A stretch of 57,020 nt of DNA from Candidatus Hydrothermarchaeota archaeon (lineage in GTDB: Archaea > CAYFZR01): positions 1-57,020 of the forward strand of contig JBHIEG010000013.1 in assembly GCA_046760505.1 (NCBI GenBank), written 5' to 3'. This document shows positions 39,167 through 48,096 of this stretch, piece by piece (the stretch's first letter is position 1; every line of letters starts with the position of its first letter). The notes beneath the pieces were generated by a model that was not told the origin of the DNA, made no database searches, and saw only the letters and a list, made by a program, of their open reading frames with translations. Both the position numbers and the translations under genes were made by a program.

Positions 39167-39547
39167 CCACCTTTAATAAAGGTGGGCCAAAGGTACTACC
39201 TCCTTCGGAGGTAGAACATCTCCCATACATTATATTTTTGTTTTTCTTAATGAGATGTTGAATTGCGAAGCAATTCTACCTAATGATCTCTCTCCACCTT
39301 TTATAAAGGTGGGCCAAAGGCACTATCTCTTCGAGATAGATCATCATGCTTTGGTTTTAATATCTTTGTTTTTCCTAATGAGATGTTGAATTCGCGTTAG
39401 CGAATTCGACCTAATGATCCCCCTCGACCTTCAAAAAGTCGATCATTTGGTAGCACTTCACAGTGCAACATCTCAAATAGAAAATGGCCCCCAGCACCTT
39501 TCATAAAGGTGGGACAAAAGTACCTCCTCAACCTTTCAGAAGGTGGA
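39167..39547. repeat. Array of imperfect palindromes (REP/MITE-like), ~127-bp period
   Basis: CCACCTTT-n3-AAAGGTGGGCCAAAGG at 39167 and 39294, variants at 39424, 39495, 39528; further hairpins at 39196, 39260, 39323, 39388, 39453. Confidence 0.85.
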
Positions 39548-41150
39548 TGGGGTATCTCTCCCTAATAAATTCGATGGTATATTTCTCATCTTTTAGATCT
39601 TTTAAAATTTTTTCTCTATCTCTTTCCCCTAGATTGCCGTATCCGCCCCCTCCAGGGGTCCTGATGCTAATTATTGTATCCGGTTCTACGTCAATGATTT
39701 CTTTGCCCGAGAGAATTATTTCTTTACCGTCTTTTATCATTATATCTAAACCTTTTGAGCCATCTTCTCCCATTTCTATTCCCCTTGGAGGTATTTTTCT
39801 CCTTTCGCTTAGTAGTGATAATCTTGCTTTGGTAAGGACTCTTATATCTCTTCTAATTCCAAGACCCCCCCTGTACTTCCCATAGCCTCCAGAATTCTCT
39901 ATGAGTTCATATCTTTCGATTCTTAATGGATACCTCATTTCCAAAGCCTCTACAGGAGTGTTCTGGGTATTCGTCATATGTACATGGATGCCATCCACTC
40001 CATCGGCTCTATCAGAGGCTCCATAACCGCCTCCTATCGTCTCATAATAAGTAAATTCAGAAGTACCAATTGCTACATTGTTCATCGTGCCTTGAGATTG
40101 GGCAATTTTCATTCCAGTAATCTCTCTGAATGCAATCAGTAAAGCCTCAACTATTCTCTGAGATGTCTCAACGTTTCCTCCAACCACTCCTTTGGGGTAG
40201 GAAGCATTTAAAAGGGAATTTTTTGGGATGTTTACATCTATAGGTCTATAACAACCAGCATTGGGTGGTATTGACGGATCAGTGACGCATCTAATTACAT
40301 AATAAACACACGAAAGGGTAACAGCATATGGACAGTTGAGATTTCCATCTACCATATCGCTTGTTCCATCGAAATCTACCACTATTTTATCCTCTTCTAC
40401 TTTTACCGAGACCTCTATCTTTGAGCCATCATCTAAAAAATCTACTCCTTTTCCTTCCTTTCCTCTATACTTGGATATCTGAGAGAGCATCATCCTCTCG
40501 GAATAATTTTTTATCTCCTCGAAGGAATAGAGTAATTTTTCTCTGAATTTCTCGTACAATTCTTTCATTCTTTCCTTCCCCAAAAAATTTGCTGCTACTT
40601 GAGCATATAAATCTCCAAGGCGTTCTTTAGGATCTCTTACGTTAGCAAGGAATAGAGAGAGAATCTCTTCATCCATTGTTCCTCCCTTATAAAGCTTTAC
40701 TGGCGGTATTCTCAAGCCTTCCTGGAATATTTCAAAAGTATTTCCTGCCATGCTTCCAGCTGTAATACCACCTATATCTGCGTGATGTGCCCTGTTAACC
40801 AAAAAACCAATTAATTCTTTAAAATAAACGGGAGTTATCACCGTAACGTCAGGAAGATGGGTTCCCCCTTTAAAGGGATCATTTGTTATTATAACATCGT
40901 TTTCTTTTATTTCAACCTCTTCTAAAACGTTTTTCAAGCAGTAGGGCATTGATCCTAAGTGCACAGGTATATGTTCCGCCTGTGCTACCAGTTCACCGCC
41001 AAAATCGAATATTGCGGTAGAAAAATCCCTCCTTTCTTTGATGTTTGAAGACTGGGCTGCTCTTTGAAGAACTAAACCCATTTCCTCTGCGATTGCAGTC
41101 ACTCTATTTTTAAAAACCTCCAGTTCTATGGGAGTGAGCACCTTGATCAC
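39528..41150 (-). CDS. Hydantoinase B/oxoprolinase family protein
   Basis: NIKERRDFSTA, HIPVHLGSM, NDPFKGGTHLPD, HHADIGG, SQGTMNN, TPGGGGYG. Confidence 0.92.
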   Translation of the reverse strand: MIKVLTPIELEVFKNRVTAIAEEMGLVLQRAAQSSNIKERRDFSTAIFDFGGELVAQAEHIPVHLGSMPYCLKNVLEEVEIKENDVIITNDPFKGGTHLPDVTVITPVYFKELIGFLVNRAHHADIGGITAGSMAGNTFEIFQEGLRIPPVKLYKGGTMDEEILSLFLANVRDPKERLGDLYAQVAANFLGKERMKELYEKFREKLLYSFEEIKNYSERMMLSQISKYRGKEGKGVDFLDDGSKIEVSVKVEEDKIVVDFDGTSDMVDGNLNCPYAVTLSCVYYVIRCVTDPSIPPNAGCYRPIDVNIPKNSLLNASYPKGVVGGNVETSQRIVEALLIAFREITGMKIAQSQGTMNNVAIGTSEFTYYETIGGGYGASDRADGVDGIHVHMTNTQNTPVEALEMRYPLRIERYELIENSGGYGKYRGGLGIRRDIRVLTKARLSLLSERRKIPPRGIEMGEDGSKGLDIMIKDGKEIILSGKEIIDVEPDTIISIRTPGGGGYGNLGERDREKILKDLKDEKYTIEFIRERYPIHLLKG

Positions 41151-43120
41151 CCTGTATTTATGAATAAAGTTCCATATCTATCCATCTCAATCTTTCCCTC
41201 GGGAACCAGTATATTTGTGTCCTTACACTCTATTAGGAGAGGGGCTCTTTCTCTCCATCCTGGTTCAATATTTTCTTTTCTGAAAACTGGAATTTCCTGC
41301 CATTGATCTATCCAAACCTTTCTCTCGCCAATAAAAGGATCTTCTTTGCCCCATTGATAGAGTAGAGAAATTTCTCGCGGAAGAGTTATTCCCTTTACCC
41401 TGAAGTTAACGATTTCAATGGGATTTTCCAGTATAAATCCATAGCTCTTCATGTGTTCTTTTTCAAAATCATTCTTTAGATGGGTTGAATAAGGTATCGT
41501 TAGTTCATAACTCTGTCCCTGATATCTCATGTCAAGGTTTCGGACCAATAGGATCTCATCTTTAGCAACGCCTTCTTTAACTAGCTTATCGACAACATTA
41601 TGTTCCAGACTCTGAAATATACTCTCTGAAGTTCCAAGTTCAAATTTCTCGAGAGGAATTAAATAGGTTTGCATGCTTTCAAAGGAAAACTCAGCAAACA
41701 AACACCCTAAGGCAGATAGAACGCTTGCCATATCTGGAACTATTATTCTTTCTATTTCCAATTCTTTTGCTAAATAAAAAGCGTGTAAAGGTCCGGCTCC
41801 ACCAAAAGATATTAATGAGAAGTCTCTTGGATCTAATCCCCTTTCAACGGTTACCAATCTTAAAGCTCTTAACATGTTGGAGTTTACAACTTCTAATATA
41901 CCTGATGAAACCTCATATTTATTTAATTTAAGTTTTTCCTGGATTTTTTTCATGGAACTCTCTGCTAAATTCAAGAAAACCTTCATTTCTCCACCCAAGA
42001 AATAATCTGGATCTATGTGTCTTAAAACAAGATGAGAATCTGTTACAGTGGGTTCATTCCCTCCTCTTCCATAGCAAGCAGGGCCAGGTATTGATCCAGC
42101 GCTCTTAGGACCTACCCTCAATGATCCTCCCTCATCCACCCATGCTATGCTTCCTCCTCCAGCACCCACGGTTACGATGTCTATCATAGGTATTGTCATC
42201 GGATAACCCGCTACCTCACCTTCTGTTCTTATTTTAGGCATATTGTCCTGAATTACGCTCACATCACAGCTAGTTCCACCCATGTCGAAGGTTATCAGGT
42301 TAGAATGCCCAGATATCTTTCCTATAAAATTGGATCCAATTACCCCACCAGCAGGGCCTGAAAGTAATGCATAGACTCCAAATTCTCTCGACAATTTTGA
42401 ACTCATCAGTCCCCCATCTGATTTTATTACGTTTAATCTAGCCTTGATCTTTCTTTTTTGGAGTAGATTCTCCAACTTAAACAGGTAACTTCCAAGAGCA
42501 GGAGAAACATAGGCATTTAAAACAGTTGTAGAAGTCCTCTCATATTCTCTGTAAATAGGGTTTATATCTGAAGATATTGAGACTGGAACATTCATCTTTT
42601 CTTTGATGTAATGCTTAATCTCTCTCTCGTGTTTAGGATTTAAAAACGAGAACAGAAGAGAAACTGCTATAGACTCTACATTATTCTCTATTAGCTTATT
42701 GACCGCTTCTTCTAAAGATTTCATATCCATCGGCTTTATTATCCCATCTCTCGATATTCTCTCCTCCACTTCCACTCTACATGCTCTTTCTACAAGAGGC
42801 TGTTCTCTCCTAACCTTTAAGTCGTAAAGACTCGTTCTGGTTTGTCTACCTATCTCCAGTACATCTCGGAATCCTTTTGTGGTTATCAAACCAACTTTAG
42901 CTCCTTTTCTCTCAATAACTGCATTTGTAGCTACAGTAGATCCATGATTGATTGCTTTAATCTCAAATTTTTGTTTAATATCATCTAAAATTTGATTGAT
43001 TCCTTTAATGATACCTTCTTCCTGATTATATGTAGTAGGAATCTTTTTTCTGTAAAGTCTTCCATCATGGTAAGCTATTATATCTGTGAATGTTCCCCCA
43101 ACGTCTATTCCTATGAGCAA
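41147..43120 (-). CDS. Hydantoinase A/oxoprolinase family protein
   Basis: GIDVGGTFTD, HGSTVATNA, REYERTSTT, SGPAGG, DMGGTS, GAGGGSIA, FGGAGPLHA. Confidence 0.93.
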   Translation of the reverse strand: MLIGIDVGGTFTDIIAYHDGRLYRKKIPTTYNQEEGIIKGINQILDDIKQKFEIKAINHGSTVATNAVIERKGAKVGLITTKGFRDVLEIGRQTRTSLYDLKVRREQPLVERACRVEVEERISRDGIIKPMDMKSLEEAVNKLIENNVESIAVSLLFSFLNPKHEREIKHYIKEKMNVPVSISSDINPIYREYERTSTTVLNAYVSPALGSYLFKLENLLQKRKIKARLNVIKSDGGLMSSKLSREFGVYALLSGPAGGVIGSNFIGKISGHSNLITFDMGGTSCDVSVIQDNMPKIRTEGEVAGYPMTIPMIDIVTVGAGGGSIAWVDEGGSLRVGPKSAGSIPGPACYGRGGNEPTVTDSHLVLRHIDPDYFLGGEMKVFLNLAESSMKKIQEKLKLNKYEVSSGILEVVNSNMLRALRLVTVERGLDPRDFSLISFGGAGPLHAFYLAKELEIERIIVPDMASVLSALGCLFAEFSFESMQTYLIPLEKFELGTSESIFQSLEHNVVDKLVKEGVAKDEILLVRNLDMRYQGQSYELTIPYSTHLKNDFEKEHMKSYGFILENPIEIVNFRVKGITLPREISLLYQWGKEDPFIGERKVWIDQWQEIPVFRKENIEPGWRERAPLLIECKDTNILVPEGKIEMDRYGTLFINTG

Positions 43121-43124
43121 AAAC

Positions 43125-43766
43125 CTACCTCTCTAAATTTATCTTCTCAAATGTGCTGAACATCATCTCTCTATAATTAGGCACCAAATCGCATATTTTA
43201 TTCAATAATTCCCTCTCACCTGTATTTTTTATTATCTCAATACCTTCATCTAGATTCGTTTCCCTATAAAACCTCATTATCCAATCTCTTGGGACTTTGA
43301 TTAGGGGATAGATCTTTCTATCTTCTATTACCTTCATAGGCTTTATATCTTCTCCATTAAACATCTGTGCTAGTATATTTTCGCAGTAATCATCTATGGT
43401 TAAGGGATATGCTATCTTTCCAACGAGTGAATTCGTATTTTCCAAGTCAAAGCAGCTCGTAAAATTATCCCTATCTCCAAATATCACTAACTTTATTCCA
43501 TATTTCCGTGTGTAAGGCTCTAATACATTTATAAGACACGTAGATTCTTTGCTTCCATCGTATATTGCTGTTACTGTGTCCTTAGGTTGTATGAAATTGT
43601 ACTTTGCCTGAGTTCTCGCAACTCTCAAACATATTTTCTCGTAGAGTTTTGACCTTATAACCGGTTTCTCCATGTATATTTCTCTTTTTCTTGGAATTTT
43701 TGCTAGTCTGCTATGCTGAATTATCATGCAGTCTTTTCTAATCGTTATGTAGCGAGTGTCCATCAT
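43125..43766 (-). CDS. Degenerate PP-loop (adenine nucleotide alpha-hydrolase-like) protein
   Basis: AIYDGSKES where SGGKDS is expected; PLTIDD, IYPLIKVP. Confidence 0.55.
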   Translation of the reverse strand: MMDTRYITIRKDCMIIQHSRLAKIPRKREIYMEKPVIRSKLYEKICLRVARTQAKYNFIQPKDTVTAIYDGSKESTCLINVLEPYTRKYGIKLVIFGDRDNFTSCFDLENTNSLVGKIAYPLTIDDYCENILAQMFNGEDIKPMKVIEDRKIYPLIKVPRDWIMRFYRETNLDEGIEIIKNTGERELLNKICDLVPNYREMMFSTFEKINLER

Positions 43767-43789
43767 TTTCTCTATGTTGTTCTGAATAA

Positions 43790-45055
43790 TTAACTAAACT
43801 CTTTGATCAATTCTTCTGCTCTATCTATCCTTATTTTATTTTCTTTTACCATTATCTCAGCTATCTTATCTATGAGATCGCCCTTTGCTCCAGCCATGAT
43901 CGCTATGTTTTTTGCGTGTAGAGACATGTGTCCTTTCTGAATGCCCTCGGTTGCCAGAGCCCTTAAGGCTGCGAGATTCTGTGCAAGTCCTACCGATGCC
44001 ATTATTTCAGCCAATTCGTTTGAAGTTTTGACTCCCAGGATTTTTAATGCAACTCTCGCTACTGGATGGGCCTTTGTTGCTCCACCAATGATTCCCACTG
44101 CTAGGGGTAACTCAATGGTCCCAACCAAATCTCCATCCTCGTTACGCTCCCATGTGGTCAAAGGAATGTATCTGCCAGTTATACACGCATAAGAATGAGC
44201 TCCTGCCTCTATCGCGCGGGTATCATTCCCTGTGGCTAACGCCACCGCTGTTATACCGTTCATTATACCTTTGTTATGCGTTGCCGCGCGATATGGGTCC
44301 TCCAATGCGAAGGCATAGGCCTGAAGTATACCCTCCACTACGTCATCTCCTCCCAAGGCATCCTTGGAAAATATTGCTCTTGCTCTGGCGATTCTTTTTG
44401 TAGCGAGGTTGGATACTATCCTCAAATAAACTTTCCCTCCTGTTATGCTTTCTATCAGAGGTGCTATCGTCTCAGCCATGGTGTTCACCGCATTCGCACC
44501 CATTGCATCTCTACAATCAACTAAGAGATGGATGATAACCATTTTTCCCATGAAGGTGTCTATAACCCTAACCTCAATATCCTTCGCTCCTCCTCCAAGC
44601 TTAACCAACGTGGGATCCTTTTCATTCGCCACCTCTAAAAGTTTCTCTTTTTGAGATAAGATTTTCATCCTAGCGTTGTAGGGATCTTTTACCCGCGTTA
44701 ACTGAATCTGACCGATCATTACTGGATCTGTGCTCTGAGTAAAAAATCCTCCCTTAACCCTTGCTATCTTAGCCGCATTGCTTGCTGCGGCAACTACGGA
44801 AGTTTCTTCTATAGCCATTGGAATTAAAACGTCTCTTCCATTTATCAGAAAATTGACTGCTATGCCCAAAGGAATTTCCATAGTGCCAACCACATTTTCT
44901 ATAAGCCTATCTGCGTCCTCTAAAGTAATACCGGTTCCTTTTACTAAATCTATTTCCTCTTCTTCAAGGCCGCAAAAATTTTTTAGGTACTCTAGCCTGC
45001 TATCTATGTCTAATTTATAAAATCCTTCTATCCTAGACGTTCTCAACTCAACCAC
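43790..45055 (-). CDS. mvaA: Class II HMG-CoA reductase
   Basis: [51 protein letters not shown]. Confidence 0.93.
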   Translation of the reverse strand: MVELRTSRIEGFYKLDIDSRLEYLKNFCGLEEEEIDLVKGTGITLEDADRLIENVVGTMEIPLGIAVNFLINGRDVLIPMAIEETSVVAAASNAAKIARVKGGFFTQSTDPVMIGQIQLTRVKDPYNARMKILSQKEKLLEVANEKDPTLVKLGGGAKDIEVRVIDTFMGKMVIIHLLVDCRDAMGANAVNTMAETIAPLIESITGGKVYLRIVSNLATKRIARARAIFSKDALGGDDVVEGILQAYAFALEDPYRAATHNKGIMNGITAVALATGNDTRAIEAGAHSYACITGRYIPLTTWERNEDGDLVGTIELPLAVGIIGGATKAHPVARVALKILGVKTSNELAEIMASVGLAQNLAALRALATEGIQKGHMSLHAKNIAIMAGAKGDLIDKIAEIMVKENKIRIDRAEELIKEFS

Positions 45056-45110
45056 CTCTACCTAAGTGGGACATATAAGTATATCAATAAGAAATATTAC
45101 CTTAATGAAC

Positions 45111-45380
45111 ATGGGGGTAAAGGTAAAGTTCTTTGGAATTTTAAGAGATAGGGTTGGAAAGAAAGAGATAGATCTAGAAGATTTTGATAAAATAAAAGAT
45201 CTGATAGAATCGCTAGACGAAAAATATGGATTAAAGGAAATGTTAATCGAAAACGAAAAACTGAGGCCTTACGTCAATATTTTGGTTAACGGAGAAAATA
45301 TAAGATTTAAAGATGGATTAGATACAAAGGTAAAATCTGGGGATCAGATAGCACTATTTCCAGCAGCTGCTGGAGGCTAA
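45111..45380 (+). CDS. Ubiquitin-like SAMP1/MoaD-family sulfur carrier
   Basis: VKVKFFG, VNILVNGENIRF..GLDT, C-terminal GG (FPAAAGG); start at 45105 or 45111. Confidence 0.88.
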   Translation: MGVKVKFFGILRDRVGKKEIDLEDFDKIKDLIESLDEKYGLKEMLIENEKLRPYVNILVNGENIRFKDGLDTKVKSGDQIALFPAAAGG

Positions 45381-45395
45381 AAGCTATACCAAAAA

Positions 45396-45587
45396 TTAAA
45401 GCGTACCTATTTCTTCTTTAGCCTCTATTATCTCCATAGCGTTCTTCCATAACTTTGGTCTTTTCTTGTATATCAACTCCAAAAGTACTCTAACTTCATT
45501 ATCAATTAAAAAAAGTTCTTTTTTGTTGAGAATTATTTTGGTTACGTTATGGGGTCCGTACTGCTCTGTTTCAACGTTTACCATCAT
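45396..45587 (-). CDS. Small hypothetical protein
   Basis: 63 aa, ATGA overlap with thioredoxin stop. Confidence 0.55.
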   Translation of the reverse strand: MMVNVETEQYGPHNVTKIILNKKELFLIDNEVRVLLELIYKKRPKLWKNAMEIIEAKEEIGTL

Positions 45588-45835
45588 ATCGCTTCCTTGA
45601 TCTCTCTCTCCAATTCGCTTCTGGAGGGTCTTCCTATGAACTTCAACTTTCCATTTATTGCAATAGCAGGGACCGCATATATCTTGTACTTGCTTGCGTG
45701 CTCAGGTCTCTCTTCTATGTCTATAATTTCTACCTCAACATCATCGAATTTTGAGACCACTTCTTTTACCAACTCTATCGTAGCAGGACAGTGAGGGCAG
45801 ATAGGCGCCTTGAAAACCTCTAACTTTATACCCAT
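45584..45835 (-). CDS. Archaeal thioredoxin/glutaredoxin-like protein
   Basis: CPHCP, YAVPAIAING. Confidence 0.9.
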   Translation of the reverse strand: MGIKLEVFKAPICPHCPATIELVKEVVSKFDDVEVEIIDIEERPEHASKYKIYAVPAIAINGKLKFIGRPSRSELEREIKEAI

Positions 45836-45908
45836 ACGACAACCCTTTAACAGATAGATAACTTACAGTATTTAACTCTTAGTGATCGACTATCGAAGGG
45901 TTAAAAAG

Positions 45909-47069
45909 ATGATGCAACCAAGAATTACCTGCAAACTATTCGGAGCTTTGAGAGTAGTTCTCGGAATCAAAGATGCAGTGCCTTTAATCCATGCACCCCT
46001 AGGGTGCGGATATCATCTAAGATACATATTCGGCATGCGAGGAAATGTACCGATAAGGATTTACGTCACTCAGATGGACCAAAACGATGTTATTTTTGGG
46101 GGAGAAAAAAAATTACTTGATTCTTTAGAAAGTTTGGACAAGAAATTAAATCCAGATCTCATAGTTGTCTTTTCTTCTTGCGCGAGTAGCATAATAGGAG
46201 AAGATCTCGAAGCAATATCTAGCCAAGCAGATGTAGGATGTGAGATTCTTACAGTATCCAGCGGTGGATTTGAAGGCACGCAAGTCGATGGTTACAGAGA
46301 GGCGTTAGAGAGAATAATCACAAAACTTATAACCGATTCAGATGAAAAAATAGATGCCTTCAATATCATTGGAGAATTTAGAGGAGGAGAAGATCTTAAA
46401 TACTTGAAAAATATTTTCAATAAACTTGATTTAAAATTAAATTCAGTTTTGACTGCAAGTTCAAGCCTGAAAGAGATTAAAAATGCCTCAAAGGCAAGTT
46501 TAAACATACCTGGATGTGAATCCGCAGGAATAGACGCATGTAAATTAATGGAAAAGAGATTTGGAATTGAATACCTGAGATTACCCATGCCCATCGGAGT
46601 AGAACAGACAGTAGAATTTTTTGAGGGAATAGCAAATGCTTTCGATAAAAGAATAGACTTGGAAAGAGAGAAAAGGAGTACCTTAGAAGAATTGGAAAAA
46701 TATAGGAAAAAACTTGCAGGTAAAAAGGTTTTTATCGCAAGCGGTCCCACAAGAGCCTTGGCATATACGAGATTTTTATCAGAACTACATATGGATCCGG
46801 TTCTTGTCTCTGTGGACCATTCTACGGAAACTGTAGAGAAAGAACTGAAAAAACTCAATGTAGATATGCTCAAAGAGCCGGATTTTGAAGAGTTCATAAA
46901 TATTATAAACGAATTAGATTTTGATATAATGATCGGAGGAATGGGAGAAATCGGGGCAAGTACATTTATAAAAAAGCCACTTCTAGATGTTATGCATGGA
47001 AAAAAATTGACATACGGCTTTGAAGGAACATTAAATATTGCAAGAGAGATGGCTGAAGTCTTAAAATAA
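45909..47069 (+). CDS. Stand-alone nitrogenase component-1 (NifD/E-like) oxidoreductase
   Basis: TCKLFGA, IHAPLGCG, DVIFGGEKKL, SSCASSIIGEDL: three conserved cluster cysteines; start moved to ATG 45909. Confidence 0.85.
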   Translation: MMQPRITCKLFGALRVVLGIKDAVPLIHAPLGCGYHLRYIFGMRGNVPIRIYVTQMDQNDVIFGGEKKLLDSLESLDKKLNPDLIVVFSSCASSIIGEDLEAISSQADVGCEILTVSSGGFEGTQVDGYREALERIITKLITDSDEKIDAFNIIGEFRGGEDLKYLKNIFNKLDLKLNSVLTASSSLKEIKNASKASLNIPGCESAGIDACKLMEKRFGIEYLRLPMPIGVEQTVEFFEGIANAFDKRIDLEREKRSTLEELEKYRKKLAGKKVFIASGPTRALAYTRFLSELHMDPVLVSVDHSTETVEKELKKLNVDMLKEPDFEEFINIINELDFDIMIGGMGEIGASTFIKKPLLDVMHGKKLTYGFEGTLNIAREMAEVLK

Positions 47070-47118
47070 CGCTCTTTTTCTAATTATTCTCTGTTAAAAG
47101 AAACTTAGGAGGGTCTTA

Positions 47119-48090
47119 ATGTCTGTAATGAAAGGGATTCATAGAATAGAAGTTCCAACCCCATTTAAGGTTGGATCGGTAAACACTTACCTGATCCAGG
47201 GAGAAACCATATCTCTCATAGACACTGGTCCACAAACTCAAAATGCTATCGATACGCTTAGGAGAAAACTGGAAGAAATAGGCTATCAGATAAAGGATAT
47301 AGATGAAGTAATCATTACGCATGGACATTTGGATCATTATGGAATGTCAAATTTAATAGAGGAAGAATCTGGCGCAAGTGTATATATGCATAAGGAAGAT
47401 GCCTCAATAGTTTCTGCATTGCATAGTAAGAACATAGAGGTATTTAGCAGTTTAAAGAGATCAATGTCACTTTCAGGTGTTCCAGAGGGTATCATCTCAA
47501 GAATAATGGCTCTTTTCAAATCTCATGAAAACTTTGGAAAACTTGCTAAGAAAATTAATTATGTAAACGAAGGAGAAGTACTAGACTTTGGAGAATACAT
47601 GCTTAAAGTCATTCATTCCCCGGGTCATTCACCTGGTTCCATTTGTCTTCTTGAAGAGGGAAGAAGAATACTTTTCTCTGGTGATACGCTCATTGAAGAC
47701 ATAAGTCCAAACCCCATCTACAACTTTTTAGATAAAGAAAAGCAGCTTGGTTCCAGAGGATTGATAAAATACTTACAATCTATTGATAAAATCAAGAAAT
47801 ATGACGTAAAACTAGTTTTACCGGGTCATAGAAACATCATTAAAGATTATAAGAAAAGAATCAACGATATCATTAAACATCATGAAGAAAAGAAGTTGAG
47901 TATTTTAAGTAAATTATCTAGAGAGCCGAAAACAGCCTTCGAGATTTCAAGAATCGTTTATGAGGATCTCTCATTGTCAGAGTTATTTCTGGGCATAGCA
48001 GAGGTAGTTGGTCACCTTGAGATTCTTGAGCAAGAAGGAAAGGTTGAATCATTTAAGGTTAATGAGGTCATTTACTATAAAAAACTCTAG
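47119..48090 (+). CDS. MBL-fold metallo-hydrolase with C-terminal winged helix
   Basis: LIDTG, THGHLDHYG, PGHSPG, SGD, LPGH. Confidence 0.9.
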   Translation: MSVMKGIHRIEVPTPFKVGSVNTYLIQGETISLIDTGPQTQNAIDTLRRKLEEIGYQIKDIDEVIITHGHLDHYGMSNLIEEESGASVYMHKEDASIVSALHSKNIEVFSSLKRSMSLSGVPEGIISRIMALFKSHENFGKLAKKINYVNEGEVLDFGEYMLKVIHSPGHSPGSICLLEEGRRILFSGDTLIEDISPNPIYNFLDKEKQLGSRGLIKYLQSIDKIKKYDVKLVLPGHRNIIKDYKKRINDIIKHHEEKKLSILSKLSREPKTAFEISRIVYEDLSLSELFLGIAEVVGHLEILEQEGKVESFKVNEVIYYKKL

Positions 48091-48096
48091 TTTTAT

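Noticed and set aside
39379-39475. tRNA gene or tRNA pseudogene
   Set aside because: Cloverleaf-like, but lacks the GTTCRA T-loop, D-loop GG and a 7-nt anticodon loop
39167-39547. CRISPR array
   Set aside because: The sequences between the repeated palindromes are themselves homologous and ~100 bp long rather than unique 30-45 bp spacers; no cas genes in the window
39484-39885. 133-aa plus-strand ORF starting in the repeat
   Set aside because: Antisense shadow of the well-conserved hydantoinase B gene
45909-47069. Evidence of nitrogen fixation or of F430 synthesis (cfbD)
   Set aside because: Single short subunit with no nifH/K partners here, and the N-terminus does not match the CfbD pattern I know
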